A DNA stretch of 62,603 bases, counting the filler, from Choristocarpus tenellus KU-1152 (taxonomy: Eukaryota; Protista; Phaeophyceae): NCBI GenBank assembly GCA_964200185.2. It is 10 parts of 10 records of this genome, joined end to end, with 100 filler letters (N's around TTAATTAATTAA, not from the genome) between each part and the next. Parts side by side here need not be neighbours in the genome. Positions count along the whole stretch, not along the records: positions 52,908 to 56,321 come from CAXNAD020020204.1; positions 56,422 to 62,603 come from CAXNAD020008737.1; 8 more parts are not named here. One strand, given 5' to 3'. The translations under genes and the position numbers were made by a program. This document shows, piece by piece, positions 53,163 to 62,603 of this stretch. Numbering within the stretch: position 1 is the first letter of the stretch; each line of letters starts with the position of its first letter. Under the pieces are notes generated by a model that ran no database searches, was not told where the DNA came from, and was given only the letters and a program-made list of their open reading frames with translations.

Positions 53163-53422
53163 GAGTCAAAGTATCTTAGAGGTTAGAGCTGTGTCCGTTT
53201 GGGGGCCAAAATCTAATTTTACGATTTTGATGTAATATTGGCTATCGTGTTTGTTAGGAAGTGTTAATATCCTTGTTCCAGACACACCTTTTCATGAGGT
53301 ATACATTTTACCTACTCCAAAATATTTCGGAGTAGGAAAATGTCATAAAAAATCTCTGGGAAGCCAAGCCCCAAACGGAGAAAAACAGGGCAAACCTCAT
53401 ACCCTCTAAGATACGCTCACTC
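53163..53422 (+). mobile_element. MITE family A, full length (260 bp), 4-bp TSD TTAA
   Basis: ttaa|GAGTCAAAGTATCTTAGAGGTTAG ... TACCCTCTAAGATACGCTCACTC|ttaa. Confidence 0.95.
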
Positions 53423-53429
53423 TTAAACT

Positions 53430-54010
53430 TGGCTCTCCTTAGGGTATCGTAGTCATAGAACAGGCCAGTGTTGAGGATGGGGTGTAAATGGAAGTCGCTG
53501 ATGGTTTCAATGAGTCTTTGGAGTCGAACCTCGGTCCTGTACAGGTGAAGCGGCGACTAATCGAGGGGTCCTCTCCAGGCTCCATGGTGCAGTGCTTAAA
53601 ACAATGGTGGACCGCTCGCATCTGTTGCTCTGTGATGGACTCGTACTTGGTCTTGAGAACTTACCAGGTCGCAAATCAATGTTTGAGTGTTGATTTGTCA
53701 CACCACTGAATTCTGTAGAGAATATCTTTTGCTGTGACTTGACATGTACAAAGCAGGATGCCAAATGGTTATTGTTGGCGTAGGTGCGCTGGGTACTGCT
53801 GGGAGGAGATGAGGGGGTGTTGGAGAGAGCATCAAATGCGGTTGCAGACATGGCACCAGTGGTACGAACAGGGTGAGAGCTGGATTGAATCAGAACAAGG
53901 TGGACTCAACGCACCATGCAGCTCAGGATGTCAAGGAAGTCCAGCTTTTGGGTGTCCCAGGTAGATTCATCACCTGAAAGGATAAGAAGTTTCACTGTGC
54001 GTTCCATGAT
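53430..54010 (-). mobile_element. Degenerate Ty1/copia LTR-retrotransposon gag relic
   Basis: The minus strand reads TW*VLKTKYESITEQQMRAVHHCFKHCTMEPGEDP, resembling the copia gag UBN2 pattern (W..LK.KY...R.......M.PG.DP). Stops and frameshifts are present. Confidence 0.5.
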
Positions 54011-56105
54011 GATGGCAATAGAAGAACTGCAACAGTGGATGTCAGACAGTTGTAGAGAGAGTGATAGAGGATGAAGTCGTGTGAATTGGTCAATTGTGTG
54101 CGGCTCATAACCTGTTATAACCTTGAATTGTCGATTCTGGTGAAGTGGTCCGTGCAGAGGGTTGAAGTCTTGAAATGCAAAGAGGTGACGAAGATGGAAT
54201 TCGATGCGATAAATCTGGTGGTGTGCTCTGCGAAGAGACTAGCCTATGTTTTATCATCCTGGTCTACTCTCACGTTACAGAAGGCCTCAGACACATCACA
54301 ACTGGCAACCACAGTATAAAGCTCTGGGAAGGGACGGCAGACATCGCAATATGAACCAACAGCAATAGAAGGGACTCAGCATACAACACTCACAGGACTA
54401 CTTCTAAGTCAGTGATAGGATTGATACCTCCCATTTTATTCGAAATTCCTATCAACCAAAATGAATAAAGTTGATTATCTGTAACTTACCATCCGTCACA
54501 ACCCACAAAGATGACACTTCTATGCCTTCATTTCCACGTGGTACAGATTGTGCAAATTTACCTTGGGAGGTAATGCTATTTGTTAGTAGTGAAGATAAGA
54601 AGGTGTGAAGCCTCACACGACCCCCTTTGCTGAAGGTGATTACATGGTTGAAGATTAGAAGAGTGACCTTTGTGTGGTGTCTTCTCATTGCTTGTTTATT
54701 ATTATTTGTGCTTCCTATCTAAGTCAACGGTTATGTCAAAGTTAGTTGAATGCAGAATAAATACCAATACATAATCCCATACATAATCTGGATGGACTAT
54801 TTTATTGGTTACATCGCATGGACTCAATTCAACACAATAATCTCATATAAACAAAATAAGGTACACCGCACTATTGTCCTATTTTGCACAATTCTGACAT
54901 GTGGATAGTTTTTGTTGACTTTTTCCCTGACACATCTGCAAAATGTCAAGAACATTATAGTATATATTGTATGAATCGTATGATTCTGTGGGGGCTTGGT
55001 TCACTCAGGAAATAGTTTTGAAGAGAATCACTGGGCAAGACGAACCAGATGAACCAAGACGAATCGTAACTGAGAGGACGAGGTTAAGGTTGAACAAGTG
55101 CAAAGACTGTAGGAAATTGCAGGCAATTCCAGAGTGATCAGAATCTATGAGAGAGGGATCATCAGAAAACCAAGATATAGCAACAAAGAGGATCTTTGAT
55201 GTTGGACATCTCTTATTGAAGAGACCTACATTGCTTGTAGGATTATTTTCCTGCAAAAAAAAAAACACCTCAATCACACCAAAGATCCTGAAGTGCAATA
55301 TATGCACGTGGTGTTAATGAGTATTCGATCAGGATAACATTAGCCCAAGGTTCATTGTATGTGGTAAGCATACCACTCAAGCTTACGAGGTCTGAGTGTA
55401 TGGATCAGGATATAACTCAGCCTAAATATGAGTGAGGTAGATGGATGTATTCAGTATCGCATCACTTACCTAGTGGTAGACTTGAACATTTTTTTTGTTC
55501 GGGTTAGTCATTTCATGATCAATAAATACTCCGAAAATTTAATGAAAACAATATAATATGATGTACTGAACAGCTACCTCTAGCACACACGAGTGCTAAT
55601 GTGCCCGGTGATACAGTCTCTTCACCACAGCATGTGTTCACTCATGCAAACGAGGAGAGTTGAAAGATAAAAGAACATTGTATTATTCATTTATCTAGCT
55701 GGTCGTGAACAGGTTAACTGACATCTGCTACCAGTTATCTAATCTCTTCACAAAACGAAAGACTATACCCAGCTATGACGATATGATACTCAAACGATTT
55801 GTCAAAACTAGATCGTAAACCATTTTAAAGGATTGTGATACGTGGGTAACAAGAGATTTGGGTTAAGACACACAAGTCAAAAAAAGACTGGCAAGGATCT
55901 GTACCACCAGACATACATCCAATACTCTATTTACATAGACCTTGGGTCGTACTATTACCGCAAAGTATGATATACAGACTATGCAAAGGAATATGGTATC
56001 AGTAAATAGGAAGTCTCAGGTCGACACTGTGTGGGAGAATAATCTTACTGATTATCCAATCAATTTACTACACGATAGGTTGCATTATTAGTTATAGGAC
56101 ATTGT

Positions 56106-56285
56106 GGGTCAACGTATCTGGCGGGGGGTGACGGCTGTCCATTTGGGGCCAATTTTTTCATGTCACGATTTTTGGGTAATTTGGTTGTGTACGTCGGATG
56201 GATAATGTAAGTGCACTTTTCCTGGTTATGGTCGAAATGAACACACTGGTATAGACCCTCCCCCCCCCCCCAGATACTTTGGATC
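56106..56285. mobile_element. MITE family B, full length (180 bp)
   Basis: GGGTCAACGTATCTGG ... CCAGATACTTTGGATC, flanked by TGT/TGT. Confidence 0.9.
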
Positions 56286-56421
56286 TGTGGGATCTGTTCT
56301 ACTCTTTATGAAGGTCACAAGNNNNNNNNNNNNNNNNNNNNNNNNNNNNNNNNNNNNNNNNNNNNTTAATTAATTAANNNNNNNNNNNNNNNNNNNNNNN
56401 NNNNNNNNNNNNNNNNNNNNN

Positions 56422-56578
56422 GGGGAGTCTACACCAGGGTGTCCATTTTGGGTAATATCCAGGAAAAGTGCACTTACATTATTCATCCGACGTATGCAAC
56501 CAAATAACCCAAAAATCGCGACATGAAAAAATTGGCCCCAAAAGGACAGCCGCCATCTCCCCACAGATACTTTGAGCC
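56422..56578. mobile_element. MITE family B copy at contig start
   Basis: Reverse-complement match to 56106-56285. It ends CAGATACTTTGAGCC. Confidence 0.9.
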
Positions 56579-59500
56579 AATTACTGCCTCTAATCCCGCA
56601 AGAACCTGCAATAGCCACTCTTGAGGGAAGGGGATCAGGTGGGGATACATCTAGAACTACTTTGGAGCATCAGAATTTGATCCTCTCCCAGGCTTGCTCT
56701 AATCTTGCCAGCTCCCAACTCATTCAGACCTTTTTGCTGAATCCAGGCTGTATGACAAAGGCTAGGAGAGATGTTCGGATCCACCGCTGAAGGTTGGTAG
56801 CAGATGGGGGTTCATTTAAAAATACTCTCATTAGCCCTGTTAACACCCTGCTCTCAATGCCAAGAAGATCGGTCTGCTCTGCCATTGGTCTGAACGTGAT
56901 TAAAACAATGTGCATAGTGTGGGGAAAGGAGTGGGCAGAGGGGGTGGCGATCTAGTATTAAGTGTCATGAGCCCCTGACTAACCTGAGCCTGTTCATCAT
57001 TAAATGTATTTGAATTAAAACGAGGAATAGTTGAGAGACAAAGGCGTATTCAAGTGGTTCTCAATATAAATTTGGAACCACTGGGACAGAGGAAAGAAAA
57101 TGACTGTGTAGGGTAGGGAACAGAGGGAAATGGACAAGATTCCTCCTAGCTAGCTTGATTGCTTTTACTGAAATTCGCTTAAAGATAAAATAGAAACTGA
57201 AGTTTAATGGCCGAAGGGAGTGATGTGGCAAGAACGACGAAAAGAGTGGGGCAACAAGGTTGGGGGTGGGAAGCAAAAACCAATATCAATAAGGTTGCTC
57301 AACTCCCTATCCCAATGGTTTATTGCAGCTCTCGCAAAAGAAGGATGATTGGTAACACAAGGGTACACACTTTTCGAGTTATTCAGATTATCTGAAAGGA
57401 TCTGACTTATACTGTGTTCTAGTGAGTAAAGGAGGTGTACAGAGGAGAGGGGGGTTGAATGGAATTATCCACCTGCAAACTCGTTCAGCATCGTAGCCCA
57501 CCTGACACTGCAGGCAGTTGTGAATAGTGCCACCATCTCAAGGACTGAGCCGCAAATGATGCACAAAGTGTCAGAACAAGCAGCAGAGCCCTCGTAGTTG
57601 ACAAGCTATTTATTTGGCTCAGAAAGGAGAGGTACAGGTGAGGAGAAACAGGGTAACCCAACCCAAAGGCAGTTACTACTTACTCTTGCAGGTCACAAAT
57701 CAATAGAGTGTGAGAGAGCATTTCAGTGCTGAATACCATTCCTGCGAAATAAATGTGCCAATGAGAGCAATGATAGATCAATTTAGAGTTGTGGAAGCGT
57801 ACCTGATGCATACCCACATAGCTCGATTTTCTCTTTGTGATTTCCTCCATCAAAGTTATTGCTGCCTCGACACCAATTTTCTGACTCTTCAAGGGAGAGG
57901 ACCACTCTTCGGCCAACCTCTCGCATTTCTTCCACTTAAGAGCAATGGAGTGGAAGGAGCCCGGCAAGGTAATGCCAAGAGCAGGGGGAAGATAGGAGGA
58001 TCAGAGCTTGAAATCTTAGATTCCAGTTGAGCAAGGGTCCTACTGACGATTCACCTTTTGGGGTTTGAAGGTGGTTACCATGGTGAGTCCTAACTATACA
58101 ATGGACTGAAGGACCACCTCTGCCTCAAGCACACAGACTTTCAGTTGATTTTTTAGTTACTAACAGAAATCCCTAACGTCTTATTAGTCATTGCCCGTTG
58201 TTGTGTTTTAGGGGAGGTATTGTTTGAACGCATGTTGGCTTTCCACGCTTACCCAGTCACACCCAACAGAGAGGTCACCTACAGCCCATAGCCCATCCTG
58301 CTTAGCCAAGTCCTCCTCCTCCAGTTCGAACCCCCCCTCCAACCGCTCATTTCTAGTTTTGATGTGCTAACTTGAGGAAGTTATGTTCCGGTTTCTGGTC
58401 ATAGAGCTTTTTTAACTCTTCGGAGCTCGACTTGTTTGTAGCAGAATCATACACGGTAAAAGGTTATAGGAAGTAGTGCACATAGAGGCTGTGTTCTAAA
58501 GAGCCACTGAGAACCCCTTTGTACCTATCCCTATGTCTCGTTTAGATACCTGTGAGTTTGTTGGGTATGTTCCTGAAGGTGTCCAGACTTTTCGCTGTAG
58601 GTATCTCGTCCTCAGATTGCCGATTCACTGATCGCCTTTGACGTACAGACATCCCGAATCGACTCTCCATCGCCCTCAACCCAATGTTGGGATACCGTAG
58701 GGAGAGGCGATATACGTTAGTACGCAGTACTCAAACAAGACGATTGCGTTGACGTGGAGAATATTGATGACCATGTGAGGTCATGTCGACGACCTTGATT
58801 CGTATTGTTCGCTCCTCTTTTGTTGACCATATCTACAATATATTGAGGATACATAAAATTATTATATTAATTTTTGGATGTTATAGTTGAATAGAAGATA
58901 TTGAGAGAAGGACTGAAGGTCGTGTGAATGTCATCTTTCTGTTACATATATAATCATATTTTAAAAGGAGCAATGAAATCGTTGGCCCCAGATAGATGGA
59001 AGTAGGTGTTTCATGTCGAAGAAGTCACAAAATCATAATATACTTCAAGTACATAATTTAAGTAGTAGATACTCTTTTATATTGTTATCATTAACGTAAA
59101 TAATCCCAGATTATTAGTTGTTTGGGTATTGATTTAGACATGGTAGGGTGAGAGGGTGCGAAGATTGAAGTTAAAGGCAGATGAATGGTTTCATGAAGAT
59201 GTAACACTGTTGTTAAGTTTGCATGATGTGCGGTAGTTAGTAATCAACTTTGGGATAGAGTAGTATCATGGTATGTTATACGGAAGGGGTGACAAGGGTT
59301 GAGTATTAGTTACAGGAGGATTGATTACAGTTACAGAGTGTTGACGAGGTGTTGTTAAAGGTTGTATGTTGTTATGTTGGTTGTATTCTCTGTATTGTGT
59401 TTTGCCCCTTCTCGTTTCTCCCATCACAACCAAAGATGTTAAACGTACCTAGATAAGTACTACCTAGTATTACGTAAGGATCTAGTTAACAAGAATAAAA

Positions 59501-60495
59501 AACTTGACAGGTTTTTAGGTCACCTTTTTGTTCATCTTTCTTAAGAGTCGGAATTTCATTTTGTATGTCACTCTTTGTCGCATTGTTAGCAGAGACATCA
59601 CAATCTATCAAAGCCGAGCGGTGCGTGGAAAGGTCAGGATCCTGGGGTTCCACAGGTCAAGCACACTTTTTGTCAGCAGAGGAGTCCTGTCTGTTGCACA
59701 TAGGTGGTGGAAGTTGAGCCGTCGATTTTAGGGTTTTCTAATTGGGCACGAAATAATCTTGACTGGATGGTGCTCGAGAAAGGAACAGATCCTTCTACCA
59801 TGTAGTTTAGAACCTTGTGCTTCAGGCTACACAGTAGTTTACCACTGTTCAAAGCCGTTCACGATATAGAAGTGATCCCGCACAGGGGCATCATGATTGG
59901 GGTTCTGAAGACATTGCAACAGCCTAGATCAAGAGACAGACCCTTTCCACGACTTTGAATGTAATACACCAGACTAAATTTACCCTATATCAAGTTCAAG
60001 TCCAATAACACACAAGACTTCACACATTGATTGGCCAGTAACATAACCAATGATTCCCAACACTAAACCAAATGTCACCCCCCAATAAATAGTACTACAT
60101 AGAGTAGTCATATCAAAACCTTAACCTTACACTCAGTACCTAAGTCATACAACAAGAATGCAGCCCACCTTCAAATAAATCTAACCGCCACCCAGCCTCT
60201 TAAAAACCAACAACACACCAAGCAAAAGAGTATCGCATTGCGCCCTCATCATCTCTCCATACAGCAAGTCAAACGACCCACCCCTCACCCCCTCCCCAGC
60301 TATGTTGCATACAGAAAATGCTACAGACGATACACTTCAAGAAATGAACACTACGATATACTTGCCCTCAGCTTTCACCTCATATATTTTTTATCCGACC
60401 TGAGGAAGAATGGCAAAAAGTATGGCTTATTCTTACTAACTAGTTCCTTTAGTAATATTACGTAGTATAATCGCGCACATTATATATTTATATTC

Positions 60496-61700
60496 TATAG
60501 TGGTACCAATAGGTTATGCGCCTGGGGTTGTCCCGTCATAACTTTTTGATGTAAGCATCGGATTTAAAAAATAAAAGCGTATTCGTGATGCCCGACACAA
60601 TGCCCTCGAGAGCACGGGTTTCGTTTTTTTTCGCCATTTTTTTCTATTTTTGAAGAAAGACCGGCCATATTGGGGTTCAAACCCTGGATTGTAGGTCACC
60701 AAGAGTGGCAACAGATATACTATTACTTGATTAAAGTACAGGGTTTTGACGGGAAAAAAGCCTCCCCACCCTTTCTTCCTGCGTATTCATGTACCCACTC
60801 TTTGACCTCGGCAAGGATGCCCTCGTCAAGGCCCAGAATGAAACGCCTCTCGTCGTGCCCTTGCTCCGACACCTTGATATAACCCTTAGTTAGGAAGACT
60901 CTCTCCCATTTACTCACAGTTTTCGACCTGACCATCGCCTATCCTGCTGCCATCTTGAGCCCTGTTTGACAGTCTTTCCCGTCGCTCATACACAGGTACA
61001 GGATTCGCAGTGTTAGAGCCTTAACTATCACATTTCCTCGTTGAGTGCTGGAAATGGGTTACCTTCTTTCGGGCTTCAGAGCCCTTGTAGCCCAACCCTA
61101 ACACCTTCTTTCTTGTTTCCTAAGCCACTCTGGCTCACATAGCTTCCAAACAGCTAGGGCCTCTTCAACTGTCAACTACTAAGATATTCTACACTTGGGT
61201 TTTCGCTTAGGCGTTTCCTGAGCGCAATGGCACGTAGCCGCACTGCTCTCCTCCCCAACCTTCCCTTCAGGTGGTCACTCTGGTTCTCCCTTCGCCTGCC
61301 GTGAGCGGGCTTCCCCACAGACTTCGTCACTGCACCACACCTGGTGATGGACTCGCTGCTCTCTTCCTGCTTTCCCGAGGCGGCAGAGACTGCAGAGCAG
61401 CGCTCTGATGTGGTTGAAGATCCAACCATGTTTGTGTGGTAATGCTTTCAATGCATCTTCTCTCAGCGCCAGTGTCGTGACGGCGTATCCATTGCACGAT
61501 TTGATCATGCTGCTGCGCCGCACTACTCGCACTTTCTTGTCACCTAACATTGCACTAAGTTTCACACGGTACTTGTTTTTTTGGTCAACTCTCAACAGAG
61601 AAGTTGCCGAGGGTAGATCCAGGGGGCAGAGTGGCCTCAGCGGCTCTCCTTGTCTCACCATTGCGGTTCATGTTGCTGTGTGGGTCACGTGCGTATGTCC
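60496..61700 (-). mobile_element. Decayed DNA transposon: terminus-like sequence plus a broken ORF resembling the N-terminal HTH region of a DDE (IS630/Tc1-like) transposase
   Basis: The minus-strand frame with stops reads ...KMAAG*AMVRSKTVSKWERVFLTKGYIKVSEQGHDERRFILGLDEGILAEVKEWVHEYAGRKG. The adjacent TA|TAGTGGTACCAATAGGTTATGCG...CATAACTTTTT...CGGATTTAAAAAATAAAA looks like a TIR and subterminal region. No catalytic domain or second end was seen. Confidence 0.45.
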
Positions 61701-62603
61701 TCTCAAAAAGTCTGCAAATGGCGTTAAAAAGATGTCTGGAAATCTTGCCTTCTTTTTTCGAAATTGCCACAAGCACCATATTTGGGAAGGGGCCTACCCC
61801 GGATCAGTTTTTTGGGGAATTCAGCCAACCACTTCATTTTTGTACCTTTTGAGGTTATGACCATCGAAGTTGTGGCGGAGATATTCCCCCACATGTTTGC
61901 CATGATTTGATCGGGACATAGCTCCCATTCGCCAAAGTTTGTATATTTCTACATATAAACCTCCTTTCATTTGGTATGTATGTTGTTGTATACAATCATA
62001 TTCTTATTCCCTCTGACATTTTCCAGATGTGTCTGGGGGAAAACAAATGAAAACTATACATATTTCGGTATAAGCCCTAAAGAAATAAAATATCATAAAT
62101 GTGAAGAACACTAACCTATTTGTTACTTCACCACTATCAATGTTGTACTACTGCCTTCCTGTGCCTCCAAATTACCTACTCCTGCACCCCGGGGGGAGGA
62201 GCTAGGGAGGCATCCCAAGAATCCAATAAACCCCTCTGTGCCCATCTCACTGGTGACTCTAGCTTAAAACGCATGACACTTCTAGATAGTGCCACTTGCG
62301 TAGTCACCGAGACAATTTGTCATAGCCAGGATTTGACTACTTTTTTCCTGCTAAATTCTCCATTCCTCTCTCCCCCATCATTGGAGTAGCCAGCTCATCC
62401 AGGGAGCATTCCGCTTGCTCGCTGAGGCGCCCAAAACGTTCCACTGCAAAGGTGTTGAGGTTATAACTATGAGGATCAAAGGAGCCCTCGTAGGGGGTGC
62501 GCTTTTGCGCCTGGGCTGCAGTAGCAGCTACACCATTGCTGGTGGATGAGTGGGTTCGGTGGGAGGTTGCCTGTACCTCTGCGAAGGTGACATCTAGCGG
62601 AAG

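Noticed and set aside
3262-56421. Recurring TTAATTAATTAA palindrome as a biological site, and the gene set (COPZ, MORN, AAA, TypA, Kelch, TLC, phosphatase) as a cluster
   Set aside because: It is an artificial linker. Apart from Kelch and TLC, the genes are on separate concatenated contigs, so their adjacency is not evidence.
56106-56578. Large inverted repeat spanning 56106-56578
   Set aside because: These are two diverged family B copies on different contigs, placed in opposite orientation by concatenation.

Overview
Intron-rich eukaryotic nuclear DNA, most likely a photosynthetic stramenopile (ochrophyte, brown-alga-like). This is inferred from an ASAFAP-type bipartite plastid presequence, many short exons in long introns, and TTAGGG motifs. 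The window is not one locus: it is 10 contigs joined by nine artificial 100-bp linkers (N44-TTAATTAATTAA-N44), so gene order across linkers means nothing. Genes rebuilt by hand from splice sites and reading phase: a complete plastid-targeted TypA/BipA GTPase (14-15 exons, one GC-AG intron), the 3' four exons of coatomer zeta, a partial MORN-repeat gene, two exons of a katanin/spastin/VPS4-type AAA ATPase, a Kelch-repeat gene head-to-head with an intronless TLC-domain gene, and a partial histidine acid phosphatase-like gene whose HD motif appears replaced. Repeats: two sibling MITE families sharing a G(A/G)GTCAAAGTATCT terminus (about 16 copies or ends, Sola-like features), a copia gag relic, a decayed DDE-type transposon, a decayed spliced orphan gene and several minisatellites. 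The most unusual signals are minisatellites whose units contain splice-signal-like motifs and abut splice sites, the MITE pair, repeated GC donors, and the apparent pseudophosphatase. No prokaryote-type system (CRISPR, operon) is present.
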